A DNA stretch of 63,997 nt, the filler included, from Dimargaris cristalligena (lineage: Eukaryota): assembly GCA_003614675.1 (NCBI GenBank). It is 3 parts of 3 records of this genome, joined end to end, with 100 filler letters (N's around TTAATTAATTAA, not from the genome) between each part and the next. Parts side by side here need not be neighbours in the genome. Positions count along the whole stretch, not along the records: positions 1 to 22,560 come from ML002630.1; 2 more parts are not named here. The stretch is one strand, 5' to 3'. This document shows positions 1 through 12,250 of the stretch, piece after piece. How positions within the stretch are numbered: the stretch's first letter is position 1; every line of letters begins with the position of its first letter. Position numbers and translations under genes: made by a program. The notes under the pieces are model-generated. The model searched no databases, was not told where the DNA came from, and saw only the letters and a program-made list of their open reading frames with translations.

Positions 1-389
1 TTTTACCCATAGAAGGCTAGGATGAAGGAAATCCCGCCAAAGCATAACCCAAAGGCAGTTAACCTCCTCCATTAGCCAAGCGGGGCCAGAATATGGGAAT
101 TCCCCCACCTCGTGTGCGTGGGCCCCCCCCCCCCCCTTGTCAGCAGCACAGCACAGTAAAGTACATACCACACCAACCTCAGCTTTTTGGCTGCAGAGCC
201 TCCCTCATTGGTCACCCCATTGGCCCGAAGCGTTTGCTACTTTTTTTCTATTCCATTGGATTAATTCCCTTTTTGACCCGGCCTCTGGACACCCCCCGCC
301 TTTGACTGCCAGTTTGTTACCCGAGCCTCGTCGCATTCTTCTACTTACTTCCAGCCCTTTGGACTACTCCCTCCCCCCGAAACACAGCC

Positions 390-1763
390 ATGGTCTATTA
401 CTTCGAGAGCACTGGTAGGTGGTGGTGCTACACAGTTGTTATCTACCCCGGTGTAAACTTATTCGTCAAGCGGACCAGCCATTCGCCCGGATGCAGCAGC
501 GACCCTAGGCAATCCAAAGGCATACAGCCTCTGCAATGGTTGGGTCTGGCACACCTACCCTGACTAACGGCTATATTAATATTACCCCATGGATTATTAT
601 GTACCCTTGATATGTCTGACCTTCTTCGCCCATGCGGCCTCAGCGGTCTCACCGAAGGCCCAAATATACGTCGGCAAAGACAAGGTCGAAAATGAAGAGC
701 TTATTAAGCACGGCTGGGACGAAGACGTGTGGTTCCACGTCGACAAACTCTCCAGTGCCCATATTTATCTCCGCATGACCCCTGGCCAAACCTGGGACAA
801 CCTGCCCCAGGCCTTGTTAATCGACCTCGGCCAGTTGACCAAAGCCAACAGCATCGAAGGTACGACTATGTGGCTAACCTGCAGGCCAATGCAATCCATA
901 GAGGGACATTCGCTCCCGTTATCTCTCTATCCATATGCGACATACTACCTTTAGGCCATAAACTAACCAGACGTCCCCGGTGTATTGGCTCTGCTCGGTC
1001 TTACCTGGCTCCCTTGCCCCTTTTTGATTGACCAGGAAACAAGAATGACGACATTACCATCATCTACACCCCCTGGAGTAACCTGAAGAAAACCGGAGAT
1101 ATGGCCGTCGGCCAGGTTTCATTCCGCAAGCACCACCTTGTAAGTGAATAGTAGCCCCTCCTACGCATTGCTAAGCCATACGCAATCCATTTCACACACG
1201 TGCCTAGTGTTCATTCAGAAGCCCTTTTTCGGACGCCTACTAGACCCTAACCCTGGAATCTCCATCGGGTCTACTTACTTCGACCATTCTACCCTACTCC
1301 ATTCAGGTTAAGCGGGTTCATATTGAAACCCGGTCCAACGAAATTGTTAATCGGCTCAACAAAACGAAAACGGAACGTTTCCCCGATTTTTATGCCGAGA
1401 AAACCATCCATCTCAAGGCCCTGAATAAGATACGCAACGATGCCCGACTCGCCAAGGTAGGCCTATCACTCGAATTATAGAATGTATTTAAACGTATATT
1501 ATCCCACTACCCCCACTTCAGACCAACCGAGATATTAGAGCCAAGTTACTATTTATATAGACATCGTTGCTATCGTTTTAATTGAAAAATGACCACTTGT
1601 CATAACCTCCCATAATTAATAGAACAAGGAAGAGGAGCGTCAGAAGCAAGCGTACAAGAAGCTCAAGGAAATGAAGAACTACCATGGCATGTTTGATGAA
1701 GCCGAGACTAGGGCCAATAGTAATCAGAACTGTACCGAGGATCTTGAAGATGACTTTATGTAA
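390..1763 (+). CDS. CCDC25: CCDC25/Jlp2-like NFACT-R (DUF814) RNA-binding protein; 5 exons: 390-414, 644-859, 1036-1139, 1307-1456, 1623-1763
   Basis: Spliced translation MVYYFEST|AVSPKAQIYVGKDKVENEELIKHGWDEDVWFHVDKLSSAHIYLR...KANSIE|GNKNDDITIIYTPWSNLKKTGDMAVGQVSF...|...NRLNKTK...|...DLEDDFM*. All introns are GT-AG and in phase. WFHVDKLSSAH and the terminal EDDFM are family hallmarks. Confidence 0.93.
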
Positions 1764-1971
1764 ATCACCCCCACATCGTAGCCGGGCTTTGTAATGGCCG
1801 GACCGCATCCTCCAACTCATCATTTTTGACTCGAACTATCTGATTTAAATAAATCAGTATTTAGTATTTCATTTATATACCATTCAGTCTACCATACTAC
1901 CCATATCCTGGGATTCGCGTTACTATTGGGACCATGGGTGGGGGGGTTGTAGTGCCACTAGAACCGTTTCC

Positions 1972-3325
1972 TTAGGAATACCGTCGCTCTCGACCAGGAC
2001 TCGCGGACCGTCGGCGATTTCGATTAGTCGGACGTCTACATTTGTTCGGGAAAAGTCGATGCAATACCAGATAAAAATCAATGACAGGTGAGCCTTATAC
2101 TACGATTGCAATAAGGCAACTAATCCGCTGAGGTGAATGAATCCCAACCCAGGCAGAGGGATAGGAGGTTACGCGCCAAAGACAATCCCGCACCAGTACT
2201 TACCTGCGATTGTTTCGGGTCTCTTGAGTATACGATGATGACTGCCCTTGGGCAAAGGCGAAGTCACAAGCGATGGGTTGGCCCAGAAACTCGGTTCCGT
2301 TGGCGCCGTCGATGGCGGCCTTGGCCTCGTTGTATTCGGCAAATTCCAGCAAAGCATAACCCTACAAGCCAAGTGGCACGCAATAATGAATGGTGGAATA
2401 GGGTCAGGCCAATGTGTTAGCATTGGTGAAGATATATGTAGACATACCCAACTTATCAGCAACTGGTCTAGTTTTTAAATAGCCATACGTCAAACAATAG
2501 TGCTTCGGCGCCTGGCTCTTAGATCCAAGCCAGTCCCTTGGTTCTAAACGGGGCGCTTACCTTAACAAACCCAGTGCGACGGTCTAAATTCAAATGGATA
2601 TCCTTGACCCGTCCGTAATCAAGGAAATGATCGACCAGGTCCTCCTCGGTGGCCTCTTCATGGACCCCCGTAACGATAACGACCCATCCTTCGACGGACC
2701 GCTGGGCTTGACCCTGCGACGGGTCCTCACTCATGGCATTAGTATCCCCATCAATGCGGTTGGAACTTAAGGGTTCTAGGTAAGATGATTATATCAGTAG
2801 GAGGGGTGGGGTAAAGCGATTAATACCATGAAATACTGGCCCCATTTCAACTTTCTCGTAATATCGACTGGGGCAACTCGATGGAAGGGGGTCTAGACAT
2901 GAACAATAATAAAACTCATAATTAAAGCGGGGACAGGTATGTACATACTCACCTTCAGCTTCGGAGCGAAAACCTCGTCCTTTGCGTGCCACGGCCCTGA
3001 CGGTCGACTTCACCTGGGCTAATGTTTGAACGAGAGTAAGTTCGCAATGAACAGAATGCAGGGTGCACCAAATTACAAGTAGTTAAGCAAAGAGACAGTC
3101 AGAGAAAATTGGCTTGCGACTATTAGGAATACAACCAGCGGCGGGGCTTTCGGACGGGACTGGGTTTGTCGACAGTGGCTGGATCGCCAGAGAAATCACC
3201 TGTGAGGGGGTCCTGGTTTACCTCGGGTCGACAAGGTAGATGCAGGTTGGGTTAAGTGACTTACGGGTGTCAATGGCCATGGCCGATTCTTCTAACATTG
3301 GCGCATTCTGAGTTGAATCGCCCAT
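1972..3325 (-). CDS. RBM8A: Exon-junction-complex RRM protein Y14/RBM8A; exons 3325-3265, 3018-2953, 2775-2561, 2361-2204, 2035-1972
   Basis: [29 protein letters not shown]...[20 protein letters not shown]...IACDFAF; RS-like tail [14 protein letters not shown]. Introns are GT-AG and in phase. Confidence 0.93.
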
Positions 3326-4431
3326 TGCGAAGTATAATGTATATTATAGAATGAGGTAAAAGGTTAGGCATGCATAGACTATAAAAAAAAGAATTTGGTA
3401 AAGAGATGCGCGCTACTTGGTTATATTGGCAGAGGGGATTGGTCGAAATGTAGTTATTATTGGTATTTTTGGTACCGCGTACTGTGAGCCAGTGGGCGAG
3501 GGGGGGCGGCTATTTGATCAACTCTAGTCAAGGCAACGGGGAAGGCCAGTTTCATTGAACATAAGGCTAAACTACAGCCAACTTGGCTGGTAGTCTCCAT
3601 CCACAGCCCAATAAATGGGCCGCTAGTCCAGTAGCCTCGGCCTACCCCTGGACTATTAAATAGAGAACTAACAACCTATATTCTGGCTAGGCCAGTGGGT
3701 GAAGAAAGGACGGGGAGAGTAACTCTTTGATGGAACTGGCCTTTAGTTTACCCATCCAAATCTAAACAATAGCAGCTGGTGTATTCACCTCCGCTAGTCC
3801 ATGTTTATGAGGACTGCGAGATGTCTACACCCTAAGTTACAAAACAAGTCTTTCCACAGTGAAGCATACTATACTCTCTATTATTCTACATCAATTTACT
3901 CAGACCAGAGGGTATCGGTTTAGCAGGTCTACAATACCGTCACTCCTACTGTATTTATGGGCAGTTAATAACAACCTTTTAGGCGAGTTTTCGTAAAAGT
4001 GCGCCTTTTTACACTGACCAATGTACCCAGGATATAGTTCTAGATGGGATCGATATTCTATTAGTTGATTTGAAAATAGGGGAACTGGAGTTTCTTCAAT
4101 TCTACCTCCATTTCGATACACATCACGGGTGGAATGGCCGGGAATAGAATACCACCTTATTACGACCGACATGCAGTAGAAAGATAGGAAAATCATACAT
4201 ATTTAGCGTACAAATGGCTCAGGGAGGTCTCGAGGGGATATTGGCTGGTATGATCTGAGGTGGGACGACATCTTCACCAACTCCCAGATTCAATACGACG
4301 CACTGGATATTGAAGGAAAAATATACAGCAATGCTAACCACGCAGGCCGGGGGGGGGGGATATTCAATACAAAGGCATTGAGTAAATGCAAGTGCTAACC
4401 AAAAAAAAACACGACTGTAGATAAAACCAGA

Positions 4432-5523
4432 CTAAGTAGAAGGCGGTTGAAGACAGGTTGAACGGTAGGAAGGTGTTTTGATGAGCGGGGGATAAGCCGG
4501 GGGTTCTTTTAAGGCGGCCCGGTACGACGGGGGAGGCGGGGCAATAGGGGCCAGCTGAGACGTACTGCCCGCGAGGGAATGGGACTCGGACAGAATGGTG
4601 CGTAGGAAGGTATAATGGCTTTCCATGATTTTGAGTTTCCGGCGGACGTACTAAGGGAATCAATATACAGCGGGGCGGCCAAGGGAATATCCGATGGTTA
4701 GGCCGGGTTGATCCAGGCCAACAGGTAGATTTGGCACAAAGATAAGATATTTGTATAAGTGAGTGTATTGGTATTTATATGGGAAAAATGATCCAAATCG
4801 GCCCGCAGGGGACGTCATAGAGGCTCGGCGGGATGGAGGAGAAGCGGACAAAGAGGCGATGACCACTATTTTGGGGTCTGGTACGAAGATGTGATATACT
4901 CCTGTCTCCCCCCATATACACACACCCATGCACACGCTACCATCGAGCTCGCCCAGTCCGCCGGGCTGACGTCAGCCCTACTGAGGGGACTGCAGGGCCC
5001 TCCATCTTTCCCATCAATAAGACGTTTGTTAGTTCAAGGGAATCATCGGAACATAACTTACCCAAGTAGCAGCGAGGCAGGCCACGAGGGCCGCCCCCAA
5101 CACGCAGAAGGCCACCACCCGATAGGGGAACCAAACGATACTGGCAAGAATAAACACAATGATAATGAGGAGACCTATCCAAAGGCCGGTGGTGTAGTAA
5201 CCATAGTAGACTTTCATGCCATCGTGCAGTTGGTCGATTTGCTCGCGAGGTTCAATAAGGTGGGCAGGAGCGGTCCACCGAGGGGATGCTGGGGCCGGGT
5301 CCGATTCCGCAGGGGCCGGTTCGGGGGCCACTTCTATTTCCGCCTGAGGGTGGGTGGCTACGGGGTTGTAGAGATGGGGGCCTCGGAGTAATAACGAGGT
5401 GGGCTGGGCCAGGGCGGTCCCCAGACTGTTATGTGAAGAAATATCCACAGTTGAAGTTCGTTCAACAGACGGTGGCTGTGTGTGTAGGGTGGGCGGTAGT
5501 ACAAGGTAGGGTATAGGGTGCAT
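4432..5523 (-). CDS. Uncharacterised membrane protein with two hydrophobic segments and a C-terminal PPSY/PPAY tail; exons 5523-5062, 4650-4432
   Basis: The ORF has hydrophobic stretches LWIGLLIIIVFILASIVWF and VVAFCVLGAALVACLAATW, then a GTAAGT donor. The acceptor TTCCCTTAG gives in-frame YVRRKLKIMESHY...PPPPSY...EPPAY...*. Confidence 0.65.
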
Positions 5524-8028
5524 TAAGTCCGCTGGTGTGATAGAAGAGAAAAAACAGTTGAACTAGAGGGAAAACGAGAAGAGAAGAGAAAGGCACTGGA
5601 GGTAGCAGCCGAAGAAGTATGGTGAAGTATTCGGGGAAACTACAGGCATTCGTAATGGGTATGGACTGGTGTAAAGAAACCACAATATAAATCCAGAAAT
5701 GCCGATGAAACGGATTCGTGTATAATATATATCTACTGATTTAGGAGACTGATAAATAATGAAGTAAGCGAAGATAAGAGAAACTCGGTCCTGGGAGGGG
5801 GCGGGGTTATATATATCCTAGTAGAAACATATCCGCAGGGTACGAATAGAAGGGCGGCCCGGCAGAGCCCATTTAAAGCAGTACTGGCTTTGTTAAGCAA
5901 AACGAAGGGACGCTGTATGCATGGTGGTAGCAGAGGGGAACAAGAGGCCGGCGGTACACGCCACCACTGGTTGTGGGCGTCCCAAGGTCCAGGTCACATG
6001 GGAACTCTGCTCCCAGGATACCCTCCTATATTTATAACCGAGAAGGGGGGCATATAGACTACCAATCCCTACATAAAGGCACCCACCTCATTAGTCGCAT
6101 ATATTAAACTATTCAGTGTCATATCTGGTAGGCTCCATATGGGAGGCGCAGTGCCGTTCTAACGCCGCCTTCACTGTGACGCGTTCATTCGAATCCACTA
6201 CTGCCAGCGAGGTGGCTAATATCGAAGAATCCATTTTGGCCTGAGAACCAGACTATTGCTGCTACCATCAACATTTGGAAATGGGAAGGAGAGAACGACT
6301 AGGCCCCCCTACATAATCCTAACATCTAGGCAAGCGGAAACCCCCAATAGTCACTCGAGGCTGATCCATAAAACCTTAGGAAAGTGCCGTGGCCCAAACC
6401 GAACTCCAGGGTGGTCAAAAGTGGACCCATGCAAGTGAAACCACGCTAATCTGACAGTCAACATTCAGCACACACCTGCATGCCTAAATCGAGAAAATAA
6501 ATAATCGCATTTTGACTAAACACTGACTTACTGGCGGCTGCAGTGGCCAATCACTGAGTCAAAGCTATCCACAGGTGTGGCCATCAATTTGAAAAATGTG
6601 CGTAGAAGTGACCCCAAGGAAGCCGCCATCATCTACAATAAAGAAAATTTCGTGGGCTGCAAATGTACGGGGCCGTAAACAAGCAGTCACATCTGTGCTC
6701 TTATTTCTTTTCTACATGACTATCAGGGAAATGGATATTAGAGACAGCGGTAACCAAGAATAGTGAGTGTTTGCAATGGCAATACACTCGTAAGGAAAGA
6801 TCCAATAATGTATAACAATATTCCTAAATAGAAACCAGCCTCGTTATTAATAGGACCCTCCTCAGTTCTCTCAAATCAACTCCACATGATACGATTTCTT
6901 TGGTACCTAAAAGTGGTTTTTTAAATTGTAAACCGATTGGTAGCTGCGGGCAGCTGCCCTTTCCTAAACAAAGCCGACCATCAGCCGAGCCGAGAACCCG
7001 GTTCAGCCTGTACACACTAGGCCAAACATCTAACTATATTTGTAGAATTTATCCGCCTATATATCAATAGGTATAGCGATATTAAAACCGAGTGCAACAC
7101 AAGGGGTTGGTATTTCAATTGGCATCTTCATGGGTAATATTGTCTCTCTTATATTGGCAGCATGTGCCCCCTAAACTGGTACACAACCATGCCATTGTTA
7201 CTAATATACCAGGGAGTGGATAAGATTTGGGATCCCAGAATAACTCAATGTGCCTGTGAACTTGGGTTAAGCGGCCCCCATATGGGCCTTATTGTGTGGG
7301 CCCCTGCTTTCCCAACATCGCTATCTGACTAAAGGTAGCCAATATCCTACCCCTACTTCTGAGCACCTATTATCTTATCCCATAAATATCCGAGTAATAA
7401 TATTATCGGCTTTCATCTGCTGCCAATTTAACATTAAACCAAGCTATGTAAATGTTCGGCCTAGTAAATAGATGACTACATTAACTTGGCTTGATGGTTT
7501 ATTTATAGTCACGTGCCTTGACAGTATCCGAGCCGCCATGCTTCATCTGACTGATGAATCGATAGGACTCGTTGTGACAATATAGTCTGACGGAGCTGAT
7601 TGGATGCGACTCCCCATTTATCGGATTCCCTATGGTTGGAATCGGGGACGCACAACAGGGATGATACACACACCTCAAAGAACCCCAACTGAATGCCTAG
7701 CCCCAAATATAGGCTACGTTCGATTCAATAATACCCTGTGACTGACGGCGACTATTCGCTGTTGGATAAAACATCCACTAACCCCGGGCCTTTTGGCAAC
7801 TACTTGTATATTTTTTTTGGTAGTTCGGCTTGCTTATTTCGTCTGTTATTATATAGTTCTGGCATTCCAACTCTGTTCATTCCCCCCCCCCCACCCAATT
7901 TAACGTCCTTCCACCTAGCGTATTCGGCTTGGAAATACTGCTGTCCGCCAGAACCAAGCTACCGGTACAGCTCGTCCATTCAGTGCATTACCGAGCCTCC
8001 ATTAGCCAAGGCCTCCCTCATTCCCCCC

Positions 8029-8823
8029 ATGGCTTCCACAGCTTTCTCCAACGCCGAGCCCCGGCCGCTCTCTCTCGGGGTACTAGCCCTTCAAGGCGCC
8101 TTCAGCGAGCATGTTAACATTCTCAAGCATTTCCAGAACCAGCCCATTTACCCGCTGACCCCGTCATCGAAAGGCAAGCAGTACTCCTTGGCGACCCAAC
8201 CCGGGCCTGTTTACCACCTTACCGCCATTCAAACGGTGCGGACTGCTGCTGAACTAGCGACTGTCGATGGCCTTATCATTCCGGGCGGGGAATCGACTAC
8301 GATGGCACTTATCGCCGAGCGCAGTGGGCTATGGGAGCCCCTGGTCGAGTTCACCCGGACCAAACCGACGTGGGGTACCTGCGCCGGAATGGTTCTACTC
8401 GCCCAAACCGCCAGTGGGGCCAAACGCGGGGGCCAGAAGCTGTTGGGTTCCATGGCCACCCATGTCCAGCGCAACCGATTCGGTAGTCAACTGGATTCAT
8501 TCGAGGTTGAGTTGGATGCCCCTTGCCTAGCCCCGTTTGATCGCCCCGCCACGGGGGAGGAGGGCCCGTTGGTCGACGTCATCCCCTTCCGGGCCGTCTT
8601 TATCCGGGCCCCAGTGGTCACGGAATGGGACTCCGTCTTAGTCCAGGTTTTAGCCGAAATTCCACCGTCGGCCAGTCCATCCACCGTGGCCGAACCAGTC
8701 GCGGTTTTGCAAGGCCTTTGTCTAGCCACTGCCTTCCACCCTGAGTTAACCCAGGATCACCGCTGGCACCAATTCTTTTTGAGTTTGGTGGCTCGCCAAC
8801 AGACCTCACTGGGGCCATCCTAA
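8029..8823 (+). CDS. SNO1: Pyridoxal 5'-phosphate synthase glutaminase subunit (PDX2/SNO/PdxT), intronless
   Basis: GVLALQGAF, GLIIPGGESTTM, WGTCAG (catalytic Cys), RNxFGSQLDSF, FIRAP, FHPEL (catalytic His/Glu). The ATG is at 8029; the ORF-track extension upstream is probably UTR. Confidence 0.95.
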   Translation: MASTAFSNAEPRPLSLGVLALQGAFSEHVNILKHFQNQPIYPLTPSSKGKQYSLATQPGPVYHLTAIQTVRTAAELATVDGLIIPGGESTTMALIAERSGLWEPLVEFTRTKPTWGTCAGMVLLAQTASGAKRGGQKLLGSMATHVQRNRFGSQLDSFEVELDAPCLAPFDRPATGEEGPLVDVIPFRAVFIRAPVVTEWDSVLVQVLAEIPPSASPSTVAEPVAVLQGLCLATAFHPELTQDHRWHQFFLSLVARQQTSLGPS

Positions 8824-11800
8824 AGGGAACCCGGGCAATTATCCCGTATAATTAAACTTACGTCATGGAGACCCAAACTGCAGTGTACCTGAATACACTC
8901 AGCCTGAGAATGAATGAACCCATGAACCACTGGAACTTGTTTAATACGATTTTTTTTCGGGATAGTGATTTCTTCATAATGAATCGCACATGTCAATAGC
9001 TCTAACTACATAATCGAAATAAATTATTTTATGCAACGGGGGTTTAGTTATACGTGCAGAGAGGGCCCCCCTTTCCCTTTTTTTCAACTGAGACGAACTA
9101 ATGGAATGTAAGAGAGTATTTTTCCGAGTAAATTCGCCAGTAAATATATAGTCAACTGCAACCAAACGCGGTTCGCAAATCTTAATGACCTTCCCTTCCA
9201 AATAGTCAATTGCGGTTGGAACCCTTTTTCCCGCCCATTCACTCAACAAGACTACTATTGCCAAGGGGAATCCGGGGAATGCAACTGAACTGTTCATAAA
9301 CTCTTTAATAAACCTGTATTTTTTCTTCAACAGACCCGTTTCCAAAATAGAAACACTGTGGAAGGCGAGCTGTTAATCGCGGGAGTGGCCATTGATTGGG
9401 TAGGAAATACCCCATATACCCCCCCCCAATGGTTCTAAGAAACCGATGAGACTGTGTGTACCATAAGAATCACCTAAATCATATTCATACAACTTGTCCG
9501 TTGACTTGACGAGGAGCACCAAAAAGGAAATGGCCGCTCAGCTGAGGAATGCGGAGCGATTGAGTAATTTGTCGCCATTGAACAATTTGAAGGGGATTAA
9601 TTCCGTTGGGATATATATCCCTGCGCCCTTTCTGGCTACGCCCCGGTTTAACTCGTACATTGTCTATAGCGGAGTTAAGCACATTTGCTCTAGTTAGGAC
9701 AGGCCAGGTGATAGTCTAATACCATGCCCCCAATGGGGTTTTTGCAATGCAAAAGCACGCAGAGAAACGAGATGGGTCTAGTTGCTGGAACCTTCGCATT
9801 TCCCACAGCCCGGCCCTGTCTGTCCAATAGAGCTTGATGAGCTGCCCAATTAAGTGCGGTTTAGCCGACTTGATGGAACTGAAGTGTGTCAAATTCTTTA
9901 AAGTGTCAAAATTATTGCCTTCCTCCACGGTATGGGGTGAGATACTTCGTTAATATATATTAGGGGACCTCGGCACATCCAATAGCAATGCTAAGGAGTG
10001 AGTCACCGCCATGGCTTGGGAATGGGTGAACACTATAGATTAATGGCATATTGCGTCTACTATTAATGGGCATGTCTGGTACAATTAACCGAGCCGATGG
10101 TAAAGGAAAATGGACTAGAGATAGTCTAAACCGAATGGATCGCGTTGATTCGAAAAATCACGTTCATATGACCAATAGGCCCTGTAGGCGGATTTCTCTG
10201 CTTCGCCGTTTAGACCTAATAATCACCGTGTCGTCGAAAGGCGACCAAAGAAATCGAGGTACCGTTCCCCGTAATACTGCGTGTGAACGGATTGCCCGTT
10301 CATGGGAGACCTATACACCAAGTATGTGAGGCCCCCTCTATATACACCACCCGTTTCGTCAACCCGATATGTAGTGGGAACAGCCATTTGGATATGGGCT
10401 GAGTCTATTCGCTAACCATTCCAAGGATTCTGGCCTGGTTTCCATGTGCAATTCTGAGTGTGGTGGCCCATTGTGAGCCACGTATTCTTAACCACAGTGG
10501 TATTGAAATAAGGTTAGCCCATCGGCCCGATGCTGCACCTAAGCCAGGAACTCAGGTTAGAACAGATTACGCCTCAGGTTAGGGTTACGATGCGTGGAAT
10601 CAATGCCCCTATCGCCCAAGGACGGACTGCCAAAGGGCCAGAGCCTGGTTTAACATAGATGAATCGTTTTTAACCCCAATGTGCCCAAATCTTTGGCTAG
10701 TTGGATATATACCCCCACGGGGATGGCTTATATAGAGTAGAACAGCTACTTGGTTTATTAAAATGAAAATCGCCCTTTGTTCTCGCTTAATAATAGCTAG
10801 TGATTCGGTCCAAAATTTTCCGCACTGGGGAGATGACCTATCCATGGCGTATTCCTTCCCGCTAAGAACATCTAAGCCAGTTTCTCCCCATACACACACA
10901 AATTCTCTCTCCCATACACATTTCACCCACCCACTCAGTGGTCGTTCCAGCCAAAATGGGTGGGAATCCCCCAGCCTGAGTGAATTGTATGATCCTCCTC
11001 CGTCAATTTTCCGGTTGTTTTGGGTCGGGACATTCCCAGGCACCTCGATTACTCTAGAGCCACCTATAAATAGTAGCGAATGGTGACGGATAATCGTTGT
11101 AACACAACTCTCACCTTTACTTACCGTGGCTAGTCGCTTGGGCAATAGAGGCTGCCTTCCTTATTGCCTATTTACCGAATCTATAGCCCCTTCCCCCCCA
11201 GTATTGCCACCTGACTGCCTTCCGCTCGAATATATCTTCTCATTCCTGCGTTTCTTACTTCCCCGCTATATGAAAGTCCCTACCACAGTGGTCCAGGGAC
11301 AGTGTATTCCCGAGCTGAATAATTAGGTTGTATTTTTCTGACCTCCATGTATTGGCCAGCAAGCGCCGCCGGTTCCTTTTGGTATTTTTATTTTCATCCG
11401 AATCACTCCGCCCTTGACTCCCCACGTTTGCCCTGTTAGCCGTAATCCCTGTCCCTAAATATTTGGATCATCTGCAGCATCTCGCCGCACACCCCTGCTT
11501 CTCCCCTTTTCCTTCCTCCTTTTCATTTTCCCAGTTGCCGATAATACTATACTTTCCCCGTCCCTTGTGTATTGGGTACATCGCTAATGCTATCGCTTAG
11601 GAGCCGCTGGGTATTATTACATAACATCTACTATAGTCACCGGTAGAGTAGACTGGGATGCCCCCGTTTTTGATTAACCCAACTGGCCAGTTGTACTCAT
11701 ATACAGTTAGTTCACCTCGCCTTTTCGGGTGCACTGTTCTCCACATCAGCTTGATTTACGGGTCCCTAATTGAGTCGCAGATTCACCGTACTCTACTTAA

Positions 11801-12250
11801 TCGCCAGTGAAGTGGGCTTAGTTGAATGACCTCCCACTGGGAACCCCGACCGCAAGTGCTCCTACCCGCCTCAACCCCAGCTGACCTGCCTTCTCGATAG
11901 CTGCCTTTTATTCAATGTCATTACTTCATGTTCGTGAATTTCCAAATCTAATCCTTATCCTTTTTTTTCGCCGCCTTTTTTTCGAGACCCCGAGTCAACC
12001 AGGCGGGCTCTCCCACCTGTGTATACATGTGCCCCAGCCATGCTGACCTACGCAATCCTGTCGCAACCTATTTACGTTTAATTTCATTCGACCCTATTTT
12101 TGTATTATTTATTTATTTTCCCTAGCTTCCGTTATTAGATTTTCTGTTATATTATATACCCTCTATTTTACTGTACTCGTTATTATTAGTATTATTATTA
12201 TTTCTATCAGAATCGGCCGCGACGCCCACCGCATCGGCAAGTATAATACC

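Noticed and set aside
6572..6720. Exon-like stretch encoding AIIYNKENFRG (crystallin-like motif)
   Set aside because: I could not find a start, a good donor or partner exons; too short to support.
7738..8028. N-terminal extensions of ORF-track calls (PDX2; also LRR 16426, CK1 29739, GDT1 53856)
   Set aside because: They begin at GTG/TTG and translate pyrimidine-rich UTR sequence; the downstream ATGs fit the homologues.
8895..8950. TPP-riboswitch-like words (CTGAGA...ACCC.TGAACC) in the PDX2 3' region
   Set aside because: The required downstream TGATCnGGnTAATnCCnGCGnAGG part is missing.
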